From the NCBI GenBank assembly GCA_043228905.1, contig JBHGNT010000017.1:6820001-6884000 (forward strand): a stretch of 64,000 bases of DNA, written 5' to 3'. Made by a program: the position numbers and the translations under genes. This DNA comes from Azolla caroliniana. Lineage: Eukaryota; Plantae; Polypodiophyta. Shown in pieces: positions 1 through 11,270 of this stretch (position 1 is its first letter; every line of letters begins with the position of its first letter). The notes below the pieces were generated by a model. The model worked only from the letters and a program-made list of their open reading frames with translations, was not told the origin of the DNA and ran no database searches.

Positions 1-586
1 ATCACCGATAGCCTAACAAAGCCACTCCCAGATCAATGCTTCAGAGCACTAAGAACCTGAATGGCACTACGACAAGCGATCGAGCAGAAGAAAGTTGAAT
101 GAGGAGCAAAAGCTAGGAGTCGACCAAATCAATCATGATAATGAGCAAGGCTAGGCTCAACACAGACCTCATCTCTGACGACTCAGCTATATGCCGACCG
201 ACTTGTAACATAAATTTAGATTAGTTTTGTAATCTAGGTTTAAGGGGAAGATAACCCCAAACATTTGTAGATGCAAGAAAGCGTAGTTCTTTTACGAGGG
301 AGTTTGTTGGCATAAAAGGCCGACTCCTCCCATTTTGTACCCTAGTGTGAACTCATCCAAAGAGTTAGGGCTTAGTATATAAGCAATAACCTAATGTTGT
401 AAAGATGTTTTTCTTCTGATCATTCTTGTATAGTGTCTCTGAGAAAGAGAACGTAATAACAAAGCTTCCATTAAAGCTTAAACTGTGTACATCTTCTGTT
501 TATTCTCTTGCCTTCCTTCTGTGTTGTTTGTTGAACATTACGACAGATCCTCACACATACGTTTCCACACATATTCTATCTTTCAA
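1..586 (+). mobile_element. 3' end of a Ty1/Copia LTR retrotransposon (RNase H C-terminus, PPT, 3' LTR ~305-586)
   Basis: Frame 1 reads ITDSLTKPLPDQCFRALRT*MAL, a Copia RNase H end motif (xADxxTKPL). Purine tract GAGGGAG at ~296-302 is followed by TGTTGG at 305. The sequence switches to the next element's LTR at ~587. Confidence 0.65.
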
Positions 587-730
587 CTAGACTATAGAAT
601 ACTAAACTATTATTACAAATACATGCTCGTATCAAAATGAGTCATGACATTATCCTCCCCTTTACGGCCCTCTTTTCGAAAGTGTGGTGTAGGGGTGAAC
701 TGAAATTGGAGCACTGACGAGTGTGAGCAA

Positions 731-1100
731 CCATGTGTTGCCCTCATCGGAGATTGGAACACCAATGCACGTGAGTGACCATATGCGGTCCTCACCGGAG
801 ACACGAACACCAACGGGCGTGAGCAACCATGTGCGGTCCTCACCGGAGACACGAACACCAACGGGCGTGAGCGTCCATGTGCGGTCCTCACCGGAGACAC
901 GAACAACAACGGACATGAGAGACCATGCGGTCCTCACCAGGAATTGGGACACGAACGGGGGTGAGCGACCGTGTGGTCCTCACTAGGAATTGGAACACGA
1001 ACGAGAATGAGCGACCATGCGGTCTTCACCGAGAACTAGAACACGAACAAGTGTGAGTGACCATGTGTGGTCCTCATTGGGAACTGGAAGAACAACGAGT
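731..1100. repeat. 46-48 bp minisatellite (~8 copies) inside the family C internal region; second array at ~2150-2430
   Basis: Unit CCATGTGCGGTCCTCACCGGAGACACGAACACCAACGGGCGTGAGCAA, visible as a 16-aa periodicity in the ORF track. Confidence 0.9.
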
Positions 1101-1211
1101 GCAAGACTGCAAGTGAAGCGGTCGACTCGACTTCTTCTATCATGAGAGGGTAAATAGTCGAGGTTGACCGAAAACACGGTACAAATAGTAGCGCTAGTGA
1201 GAAATCGACGC

Positions 1212-1530
1212 GATCCCCACCAGGAAAGTAGGCGGTTGTGATCCCCACCGAAACTAGAGGGTGAGCGATCGAAATCGATTCTTGTCAAAAGAAAGCAGAG
1301 TGAAACGTAGACCAAAATGAAAAATGGAGTGCAAGCGAGCAACGATTCGATCCCCACCAGGAAAGTGAGCGGTTGTAACCCCCACCGGAACTGGAAAGGT
1401 GAGCGATCAAAAGTTATCCTTGCCAAAGGAAAGTGGAGTGAAACTTGAACCAAAATGAAAATGGAGTGCAAATGAGCAATGGTTCGATCCCCACCAGGAA
1501 AGTGAGCGGTTGTAACCCCCACCGAAACTA
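1212..1530. repeat. ~137 bp tandem repeat (2.3 copies) inside the family C internal region; second array at ~2548-2870
   Basis: GATCCCCACCAGGAAAGT... recurs at 1212, 1349 and 1486. Confidence 0.85.
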
Positions 1531-4500
1531 TGAAGGTGTTGAAAATGATGATGTCGAAAACAAGGCAATCAAGACGATGATGATGAGCAAGCTTCTTTAA
1601 AACCAAGGATGTTGATGATAGTAACTTTGGAAGCAACGACGATGATGATGGTAACTCTACAAGAAAGGGTGGATGACGAAGACGGGTGATGCTTCCAGTT
1701 GGAGGGGATTCGAATTGTCATGGTCACACCAACTGCGGATTGGGACGGAGAAGGGATGATGGGGCTACGAGCGTGGAACTTACGAAGGTAGGAATGACAC
1801 AAGAGCATGAAGATAGAGATGAAGAAGGAGCAAAGATGGAATGAAACGAGAATACTGGATTGATGTGTCAATCACTGGTGTTGAATCCCTTGAAAGGGAC
1901 CAATGAGGTTTCAAGTATTTATACAAGTTCCAAGATTGAATATCTCTGGAATATACTTGAGAAATATCTCTAGAATATACCATACACTATTTCTAGAATA
2001 TTCTGATTCTGAAATATGCTATACGCTAGACTACAGAATACTAAACTATTATTTCAAATACATGCTCGTATCAAATGGAGTCGTTCCTCCCCTTAATGGC
2101 CACCTTTTCAAAAGCGTGGTGTAGGGGTGAACAAGAATTGGAGCACCGACGAGCGTGAGCAACCATGTGTTGCCCTCACCGGAGATACGAACACCAATGG
2201 GTGTGACCGACCATGTGCGGTCCTCACCGGAGACACGAACACCAAAGGACATGAGCGACCATACGGCCCTCACCGAGAACTAGAACACGAACGAGGGTGA
2301 GAGACAATGCGGCCCTCACCAAGAATTGGAACACGAACGAGAGTGAGTGATCATGCGGTCCTCACCGGGAATTAGAACACGAACAAGTGTGAGTGATCAT
2401 GTGTGTTCCTCACTAGGAACTAGAAGAACGACGAGCGAAGGAGTGCAAGTGAAGCGGTCGACTTGACTTCTTCTATCATGAGAGGGTAAATAGTCGAGGT
2501 TGACCCAAAACACAGCACAAATAGTAGCGCTAGTGAGAAATCGATGCGATCCCCACCAGGAAAGTGAGCGGTTGTGATCCTCACCGAAACTAGAAGGTGA
2601 GCATATCGAAATCGATCCTCTTCAAAAGAAATCGGAGTGAAATGTAGATCAAAAGGAAAAATGGAGTGCAAGCGAGGAACGATTCAATCCCCACCAGGAA
2701 AGTGAGCGGTTGTAACCCCCCAGGGGAACTGGAAAGGTGAGCAATAAGAAATGATCCTCGCCAAAGGAAAGTGGAGTGAAACTTAAACTGAAATGAAAAT
2801 GGAGTGCAAATGATCAATGGTTCGATCCCCACCAGGAAAGTGAGCGGTTGTAACACCCACCGGAATTGTGAAGTTGAGCGATCAAAATCAATCTGTTTGA
2901 TGAAGACAACAAGAGGTGCTGAAAATGATGATGTCGAAAACATGGCAATAAAGACGATGATGATGAGGAAGTGTCTTTGAAACCAAGGATGTTGATGACA
3001 ATAACTTTGGAAGCAACGACGATGATGATGGTAACTCTAGAAGCAAGGGTGATGACGAAGACGGGTGATGCTTCCAGTTGGAGGGGATTTGAACTATCAC
3101 GGACACATGAACCGTGGATTGGGACAAAGCACGGATGATGGGTCTACGATCATGGAACTTACGAAGGTAGGAATGACACAAGAGCATGAAGACAATGATG
3201 AAGAAGGGGAAAAGATGGAATGAAACGAGAATACTAGATTGATGTGTCAATGACTGATGTTGAATCCCTTGAAAGGGAGGTTACAGGTATTTATACAAGT
3301 TCCGAGATTGAATATTTCTAGAATATACTTGAGAAATATCTCTAGAATATACCCGTCTAGGATATACCATACAATAGTTTTAGAATATACTAACTACTAG
3401 AATATTCTAATTCTGAAATGTGTTATACGCTAGACTATAGAATACTAAACTATTATTACAAATACATGCTCATATCAAAATGGTTGAGCATGACATTTTG
3501 TTGATGTGAGGTTGCAAGTTCAATCGTCACCAACTATGTATTTGATATCATTGTGGCGTGACAGCTTCCGGCGTCGCCTTGACTCCCCTTGCTTGGGGAG
3601 AGTCCAGAACTGTTGTCGGCCTTTCGATTATGCCTCGGGTTCTGCTCCTGTCGGCCACCTCCATTGAATGTCGACTTGCCTTGTCCACCACGACCACGGG
3701 ACCGATCCACCTCTGAGTACAACATCTTGCTATCGGCGTGCATACTCCTCGATGCACCCGTGTGGTTCTCCTCTACAAGGAGCATCGACTGTAAGTCAAA
3801 AAATGACGGAGGCTTCTCTCATGTGCAAATATCCATCTGAATCGACCTGTATTTTTTAGCTAACTCACCGAGGTAGATTTGAACCATCTCATCTTCATCC
3901 ACAGTAACACCGATGGACCCAAGTGCATCATAGATCTCCTTGATCTTTGTGGTGTAGTCAGTTACCGACATACCTCCTTGCTAGACGTTGTTGAGCTCCA
4001 GTCTAAGCAGTAACTTACAGGTTGTGGTGCTGGCGGCAAATACCCTCTTCAGGTTCCCCCAAGCATCCTTCGGCGACTTCACGTCTCTTATGTACCCAGG
4101 CATCTGGTCATGGACACACGAGGCAAGATAGTACAAGACTTGGCTTGCTGCTTGCTCCCAATTTGGGAAATCTTTGTGTGTCAGCTCTAGTGGTACTTCG
4201 TTTGCTCCTTCGACGTAGGTCCAGTATCTGTGCCCAAGCAGGTACTGGTGCATCTTGTAGGACCAAGATGCGTAGTTGCTCCTATCCAGCTTTTCTGTCG
4301 GAAGTGAGTGTCAAGATTCAAACTCTTGACACGACCATGTTATAATATAGTATCATGGGTTAACCAATATATCTAGTACACAGTTATGTATATAATTGGT
4401 CCTTATTGTTTTGCTAGCATCATGTGCATAGTTGCTCCCTTGTAGTATTTACACTTGGCACATGCATGCATACCTACATGCTCTATTGTAGATTCACATG

Positions 4501-4708
4501 CGTGCAACAAGTATGCATGCCATGTAGTATAAATAGAGGAGTTCACCTTGAAGGAATTCGAGGTGAACAACACCAATTATGGAGTCTTTCCGTTAATACT
4601 ACTCATCCATTTGTCTATCTTCTTTCTTGTCTCTTGAGCTTATGATCTATCCGTGACAGTTTGTTCACCTTCCCATCCTCATAGCTCTCCCTCTCATAAG
4701 CCATAGCT

Positions 4709-6382
4709 ATGTCCGACTCAACTAGTGAGTTAGGCCAAATAATGGTAGCCTTACGACAACTCCAGCTTGAAAATGAAGCTCTTCGAAATTCTTTACAAGA
4801 ACTTCAAGTCGGTGCCTCCCTATCCTCACAACCCTCGAAGCCTAGTCTCCCACAACAACCTAGCCTAGAGCCCGATCTTCTACCAACATCTAGCCTAGCT
4901 TCGTCGCATTTTCTTGAGCCTAAGGTTAGCCTCCCAGAAAAATTTGATGGAACAAGGTCGCGTTTCCGAGGGTTCATCAACCAAGTTCAACTTATCATTC
5001 GGCTACAACCTCAACATTATGGAGATGGTCTTCGACAAATCCGCCTTGTGGGCACCCTTCTCTCCGGTCCAGCCAAAGCTTGGTTTGCACCATTGGTAGA
5101 AACCTCTTCACCTCTATTGGAGGACTTTCCCGCCTTCCTTGCCGAGTTAGAGGCCACATTTGGAGAGACGGACCGACGACGTACAACTCTTAACAAGTTT
5201 TATGCACTTGAACAAGGTTCGCGTGTGTGAAAGTGTTTTTAGAATCTAAGCCATTGAACATTAGGAGAATATAAAGTATAGATAATTCAACTTTTGAGGA
5301 TAAGAACACGAACTAAGACCTTAGGGAAGAAGTCAAAAGTAAAAGTACAAGACCAAGAGAAAAGTAAAAAGAGAAAACGCAGACTATAAAAAACAGTAAA
5401 AATAGAATGGTCATAACTCCCTCGTTGTTTATCCAAATATCACGTTTAAATATGGATTAGAAAGCTTGTAAAAAGAGCTTTCTATAGCTTTTTAAATCGC
5501 TTAATTTGGATATCGGATGAGGGAGATATGACGATTAGAAGGTCGATGTGTCATAGCTAAAAATAGGGAGATAAAAAGCTTCTAAAAATAGCATGAACGT
5601 GGATAAGAAGAGGAAGGTTATAAAAGAAGAAGGGATAGTAGTGAGGTGGAGGGCGAAGAGTAAAGGAAAAGAGTGGATGAGGAGTGTTAGGAAGAAGTGT
5701 CTTAGAAGAGGAAGATCTTCGGTTTTAGTTCAATGTGGAGTTTGTCTCCTTTGTATTCTCTTGATGTTGGAATATCAGAACATTCTTATTTCTTGCTCGC
5801 TTTCTCTATCTTTTTTCTTAGTTTCTTGAGTTATACTCTCTAATCATAATTACCTAGAGCTATATAATATATTATGATTTTTAACTCCATCTAATCGGTT
5901 TGGTCAAGCCCTCATATAGTGTATAACTATCTATTATCTTATACACCCTATCAGCGTGCAGCTTCGGTCTATGCTTCAGAATTTCGACAACTAGCATGCG
6001 ACGTCAATTGGGATGATCAAGCTTTAGTTGATCACTTTCAGCGCGGCCTTCGAAGCAATATCAAGCATCTTCTCTTAAACTTTCCGGAGCCCACCTCGTT
6101 ATCCCAAGCGATTTCACAAGCAGTCCATTGTGACAATCGTCTATTCGAATTTCGCCAGGAAGAGCGTCGTACTTGGGTTCCACCTCCTTCACTTCCATGA
6201 CACGCCCCGGTCATACAACCCCAACCATACCCCCCACCGACTGCGTCACACTCCCCTACTTTGGCAAATGCTTTACTTGATTCTAGGGCATCTTCTTGCT
6301 TCATCGACATCACGTTTGCCCAAGCACATGGCGTACCTGTCGTTGGCCTCTCAAAACCCATTCCCGTTGAAGCCATCGACGG
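4709..6382 (+). pseudogene. gag: gag and N-terminal protease of element A (split by a solo LTR; zinc-knuckle region apparently deleted)
   Basis: EPKVSLPEKFDGTRSRFRGF...YASEFRQLACDVNWDDQAL; protease ALLDSRASSCFID; in-frame stop at 6198-6200. Confidence 0.85.
5226..5953. mobile_element. Solo LTR (728 bp) inserted in the gag of element A
   Basis: TG...CA termini, perfect TSD GCGTG (5221-5225 / 5954-5958). The gag frame resumes across it. Confidence 0.85.
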
Positions 6383-6674
6383 TGTCGAATACATGTGTAT
6401 AATGGACGTATTCACACTATCTCGTCTTTGGCCATTTATGTAATTAGCATAAAGGGTAGTTGCCCTAAGTCGGTCACTATATATAGTGACCTTGTAACCT
6501 CTTTGTGAGGTTGGATGTTGTATTGTTGCTTTATGAAATAAAGAGTCCTTTGTGCCTCTCTGTCTCTCTCTCTCTCTCTCTCTGTGCAACGACCTACAAA
6601 CTGTCATACGCAGGTACTAAACAGCAATCGAATGCTTCTCGATCTTCCGCATTCACGACCTCGCTTCCAACATC

Positions 6675-6686
6675 TGGTATCAGAGC
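6675..6686 (+). promoter_or_regulatory. Primer-binding site complementary to the initiator Met tRNA 3' end
   Basis: TGGTATCAGAGC lies 2 nt after the 5' LTR. Confidence 0.95.
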
Positions 6687-7256
6687 AGAGGTTCGGCCGT
6701 CATCACCGCCTGCACAGCATTCGGTTCTTCACTTCATCACGGCCTGCACAGTATTCGCGTCATTCGAAGAAAGAGAGAAGAAGAACAAAAACGAGGTTTG
6801 CACCTCATCGCGTTAGATCCTCTTGCTTGGAGTAAGCCATCAGGCTGTACTCTGTTCCTTGTGATCGTAACCGCTCGAGGTGAAATCCCCTTGTGCATCA
6901 TTGACACGATCGTGCTCCATTCGGTTAAACGGCATCCGAAGAGGTCACCAAACGCTGCTCGTTGTAACCACTCGGTGCAGATCGGTCTCAAGACAACAAC
7001 CCCAATTCGTGCTTCATCCGGCTGATCGACATTCGAGAGGATCAGTTGGATCTGTCTCTCTCGTCGCTGCAGCCACCCGAAGCAGAATCGGTCCAGATAA
7101 TCGGTTTCAATAATCGGTATTCGGCACATATATCCGAAGCCGAACCGACTCGGGTTCGAATCCGACTAGAGCGATATCGGGTGAGCCAACCGGCTGCACT
7201 CCAACAAGGCTCGTAGTCAACTCCGAACCGAGCTTCGTCAACCGAAACCGAATTTG

Positions 7257-10200
7257 ATGGCATCAACATCCGGCTCGTCAGAAATGAGTCTACGAAAGTT
7301 CGATGGATCGAACTTCAACTTCTGGAAGGAGCAAATGCAGGACTATCTCATAGTCAAGGGGCAAATCGATCCCATCGAAAATGAAGAACCTCCAGAAGGA
7401 TACAAACCAATTGAGTGGCAGAAGCTGGACAGAATTGTCCGCGCCACGATTCGGATGCACCTATCGGAATCGGTATACTTTACGGTGCAATCGTGTACGA
7501 CAGCATTCGAACTGTGGAAAACACTGTCGGACACTTACGAAAAGAAGGTCGCCGCAACGAAGATGTTTCTGATCCGGCGCCTCTACAACTTGCGGATGAA
7601 AGAATCCGATTCGGTTCAAGCACACCTCAATGAGTACGAAAGCATAAGCTCCCAAATCTCATCTCAGGGGACGGCAATCGAGGATGAACTCAGAGCAATG
7701 ATACTCATGAGTAGCCTTCCCTCATCATGGGAAACTTTCGTCACAACCGTGTGCAACGCGTCAACCACGGCTGTTAAATACTCCGAAGTCACCAGCGCAA
7801 TCCTGACCGAAGCAGCTCGGAGAAAGTCTTTCGCCAAAGACTCAACAGACGACGCTTACGTAGTACAAGGTTCGACAGACCGATCGAACATACGAGGAAG
7901 AGATTCCTCACGGCCGCCGAACAATCAGCGAAGACGGAGCCAGTCACGGGATAACCGAATCTGCAACTATTGCAAGAAACCCGGACACATCAAAGCCGAC
8001 TGCCGCGCACTCAAGAACAAGAACAACAAGAAGAGTGGCCGGCATGAGGAGATCAATTACGTCAGCTTCTCAGCTGATGTACTACCGGACGACCCGAATA
8101 TACTATCAATCGAAAATCCAGTCGGATCAGAAGTTCTACTCACGACTGAAGAATCGAGCACATGGCTCTTAGATTCGGGCGCGTCATTTCACGTGACTCC
8201 TCATCGATCCCAATTTCGGCAATATACGATCCGTCACTCCGACTCAGTTCGAGTCGGCAACTCACAACACTGTGACATCATCGGAATCGGCACAGTAGAG
8301 CTCAACCTTGCAGGTGGCTCTACACTTGTACTCCACAATGTCCGACATGTACCCGAGCTCTCAAGGCCACTGATCTCAGTCGGACAACTAGATGAAGACG
8401 GCATTCGTGCCGGTTTTTCTTCGGGAGGGTGGACACTCCACAGGGGGAACCTCCTGCTTGCTAGAGGACCCAAGATACACTCACTGTATCCGTTACATGT
8501 TACGCTCAGAGAGGGTAACCTGTTTTTGGTGGATATTCCTGTGTCATCACTATGGCACCGAAGACTGGGACACCTCAGCAAGGCCGGCATCACGCACCTA
8601 TCTAGAGCCGGATACATCCCCAAACTCTCCTTCTCGGATCATCAATTTTGCGAGCATTGCCAGTATGGCAAACAAGCAGCCGCATCACACCCGACATCAG
8701 CACCAAGAGAAACGAGACCTCTCGATTTGGTCCACTCGGACGTCTGTGGCCCAATGCCGCATCAGTCTCTCGGCGGTGCCTCTTACTTCGTCACTTTTAT
8801 TGACGATTCGACTCGAAAGGTGTGGGCTTATCCAATTCGCACCAAAGATCGGGTCTTCTCGATCTTCACCGATTGGCTCGCTATGGTAGAAAATCAAACC
8901 GACCGAAAGCTGAAATGCTTTCGGACAGACAATGGGGGAGAGTTTAAATCCGAAGAATTCGTCAAATTCTGCCGACAACGCGGCATCCGACGTGAATTTA
9001 CGGCACCACACAGTCCGGAGCAAAACGGGATTGCCGAACGCATGAATCGGACAATCCAAGAACGGACAGTTTCCATGCTCCAACACTCCGGACTGTCGGA
9101 TGGCTTCTGGGCAGAGGCTCTACTCACAGCAGTACACATAATCAATATGTCGCCAAGTAGACCTCTAGGACTTCAAATTCCTCAGGAACTATGGATCGGC
9201 AGTAAGCCGAATTACGACAAGCTGAGGATCTTCGGATGCGAGGCGTACGCCCTTATTCCGAAAGATGATCGCCGAAAACTTGCACCTCGGTCCAGGAAAT
9301 GCATTTTCCTTGGATATGGATCCGACGGCGAAATGGGATACCGACTCTGGGACCCCGAACGCAGACAAATCGTTCGAAGTTCGGACGTTGTGTTCAACGA
9401 GTCGGCCATGAATCCATCAGTCGAAAAAACGATCGAAGTCCGAAGGGTAACATTTTCCGATGTGCCGACCCTTCAAGAAGGCCCCGCTCTCAACACACGG
9501 TCAGCTTCACGGGTAGCTGAACCTTACAGTACCGACTCGGACAACTCCGACTCGGCACAGCAGAACAATCCGCTTTCGGACCATCCGACCACGATACCCG
9601 ATGCGACCAGTCCAATCATGCCTCGTCGATCCGAGAGACTGTCGCAACCTCCGGAGAGGTATTCTCCTGGAATTTTCTTCACCGACGCCGGCGAACCGAC
9701 GTCTTACGAAGAAGCATCGACATCTGTCGATTCAGCCACCTGGCATCTGGCGATGGAGTCGGAAATGCACTCCATTCGGGCAAACAAGACTTGGGATCTG
9801 GTCGAATTACCTAGGAATCGACGTGCTCTTCCTTGCAAGTGGGTTTATCGACTAAAAGAGACGTCTGATTCGACCACCCCAAAGTACAAGGCCAGATTAG
9901 TTGCGAAGGGATTCCGACAAGAATATGGCGTCGACTTCGACGAGATTTTTTCACCAGTGGTGAAAATGACAACCCTTCGTTTCCTACTCGGCGTAGTGGC
10001 AGCCGACAACTTGGAGCTGATTCAGCTAGATGTCAAAACAGCCTTCCTCCATGGTGATCTTGACGAGGAAATTTATATGGAGCAGCCAAAAGGCTTCGTG
10101 GCAACTGGCCAAGAACATCTAGTCTGCCGACTCAGGAAGAGTCTATACGGCCTCAAACAGGCACCGCGACAATGGTACAAGAAGTTCGACGATTTCATCC

Positions 10201-11270
10201 AATCGATCGGCTTCTCAAAAAGCGATGAGGACCATTGTCTCTTTACCAACACAGCTCAAGATGGATCACCCATCTTCCTCATCATTTACGTGGACGACAT
10301 GCTAATTTCTGGACGCCACGCGGGCGAACTTGCCGATCTCATTCGGCAACTGCGGTTGAAGTTTGCCATGAAGGACCTCGGTCCGGCACGACACATCCTT
10401 GGCATGAAGATTAGTCGGCATCGCGATAAACGACATCTTTTTCTGTCTCAGACCGACTATATCCGACGTGTCTTAGAACGCTTCAACATGCAATCAGCCA
10501 AATCTGCTTCAACCCCGCTCCCCATGGATCTTCGGCTCTCTCAGCGAGACTGCCCGACATCCGGTCCGGAGGGGGAAGATATGAAGTCGGTACCGTATGC
10601 ACCGGCAGTCGGCTCCCTTATGTACCTGATGGTCGCGACACGGCCTGATATTTCTCACGCCGTAGGAGTCGTTAGCAGATTTATGCACAATCCTGGCCGA
10701 TCGCATTGGAACGCAGTCAAGCATGTGTTCAGATATCTGGCTGGCACAAAAGACCACGGCATTCTTTTCGGTCCGAACCGAACCTCAGGCGTAGTCGGTT
10801 ACACCGACTCGGACTTCGCCGGCTGTATAGACAGTCGGAAATCAACAACCGGATACTGCTTCAAATTCGGCAATGGAGCAATCTCGTGGAAGTCGAAACT
10901 TCAGGAGTGCACAGCGACCTCAACGACCGAAGCAGAATATGTAGCTGCGTCCGACGCAGCAAAAGAAGCTTTGTGGCTCGGTCGGCTGGCGCACACGTTT
11001 CGACAAGTCGACCATGACTCGGCTCCAGTTGTCTACAGCGACAGTCAAGGTGCGGTTGCCTTGTCGAAAAATCCGGTTCACCACAACGCCTCCAAACATA
11101 TCGACGTTCGATATCACTTCGTTCGGGACTGCGTCATTTCAGGGAAAATCGGTCTAGAGAAAATATCCACAACCGACAATGTCGCAGATGGAATGACCAA
11201 GTGTCTTTCGGCAGACCGTTTTCGGTCTCTTCGGCATCAGATGGGCGTAACAACAAACCAGTCCGGTTAG
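7257..11270 (+). CDS. Copia Gag-Pol polyprotein (1337 aa from the first ATG): gag, CCHC knuckle, protease, integrase, RT, RNase H
   Basis: KFDGSNFNFW; CNYCKKPGHIKADC; WLLDSGASFH; WHRRLGH..CEHC; VHSDVCGP / TDNGGEF / QNGIAERMNRT; LDVKTAFLHG; YVDDML; YTDSDFAG / EAEY / DSQGA / ADGMTK. The catalytic residues appear intact. Confidence 0.97.
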   Translation: MASTSGSSEMSLRKFDGSNFNFWKEQMQDYLIVKGQIDPIENEEPPEGYKPIEWQKLDRIVRATIRMHLSESVYFTVQSCTTAFELWKTLSDTYEKKVAATKMFLIRRLYNLRMKESDSVQAHLNEYESISSQISSQGTAIEDELRAMILMSSLPSSWETFVTTVCNASTTAVKYSEVTSAILTEAARRKSFAKDSTDDAYVVQGSTDRSNIRGRDSSRPPNNQRRRSQSRDNRICNYCKKPGHIKADCRALKNKNNKKSGRHEEINYVSFSADVLPDDPNILSIENPVGSEVLLTTEESSTWLLDSGASFHVTPHRSQFRQYTIRHSDSVRVGNSQHCDIIGIGTVELNLAGGSTLVLHNVRHVPELSRPLISVGQLDEDGIRAGFSSGGWTLHRGNLLLARGPKIHSLYPLHVTLREGNLFLVDIPVSSLWHRRLGHLSKAGITHLSRAGYIPKLSFSDHQFCEHCQYGKQAAASHPTSAPRETRPLDLVHSDVCGPMPHQSLGGASYFVTFIDDSTRKVWAYPIRTKDRVFSIFTDWLAMVENQTDRKLKCFRTDNGGEFKSEEFVKFCRQRGIRREFTAPHSPEQNGIAERMNRTIQERTVSMLQHSGLSDGFWAEALLTAVHIINMSPSRPLGLQIPQELWIGSKPNYDKLRIFGCEAYALIPKDDRRKLAPRSRKCIFLGYGSDGEMGYRLWDPERRQIVRSSDVVFNESAMNPSVEKTIEVRRVTFSDVPTLQEGPALNTRSASRVAEPYSTDSDNSDSAQQNNPLSDHPTTIPDATSPIMPRRSERLSQPPERYSPGIFFTDAGEPTSYEEASTSVDSATWHLAMESEMHSIRANKTWDLVELPRNRRALPCKWVYRLKETSDSTTPKYKARLVAKGFRQEYGVDFDEIFSPVVKMTTLRFLLGVVAADNLELIQLDVKTAFLHGDLDEEIYMEQPKGFVATGQEHLVCRLRKSLYGLKQAPRQWYKKFDDFIQSIGFSKSDEDHCLFTNTAQDGSPIFLIIYVDDMLISGRHAGELADLIRQLRLKFAMKDLGPARHILGMKISRHRDKRHLFLSQTDYIRRVLERFNMQSAKSASTPLPMDLRLSQRDCPTSGPEGEDMKSVPYAPAVGSLMYLMVATRPDISHAVGVVSRFMHNPGRSHWNAVKHVFRYLAGTKDHGILFGPNRTSGVVGYTDSDFAGCIDSRKSTTGYCFKFGNGAISWKSKLQECTATSTTEAEYVAASDAAKEALWLGRLAHTFRQVDHDSAPVVYSDSQGAVALSKNPVHHNASKHIDVRYHFVRDCVISGKIGLEKISTTDNVADGMTKCLSADRFRSLRHQMGVTTNQSG

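Larger units (their letters stand above)
587..3495 (-). mobile_element. Tandem array of a non-autonomous (TRIM-like) LTR element: LTR-int-LTR-int-LTR, ~1.4 kb period (family C)
   Basis: Three related LTRs: 3095-3495, 1716-~2083 and a truncated 587-649. PPT TTATCCTCCCC on + at 650-660 and a related tract at ~2084-2093. The two ~1.0-1.07 kb internal regions align with each other and have no gag/pol motifs. Confidence 0.8.

Noticed and set aside
731-1100. CRISPR-like appearance of regularly spaced repeats
   Set aside because: The units are contiguous degenerate tandem copies without unique spacers, no cas genes are present, and the context is a eukaryotic TE.
613-3250. Numerous 70-217 aa ORFs as protein-coding genes
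   Set aside because: They arise from stop-poor tandem repeats, are not conserved in frame between the two array units and have no domain motifs.
7343-11117. Antisense and alternate-frame ORFs inside the intact Copia
   Set aside because: Short shadows of a GC-balanced long ORF with no independent motifs.
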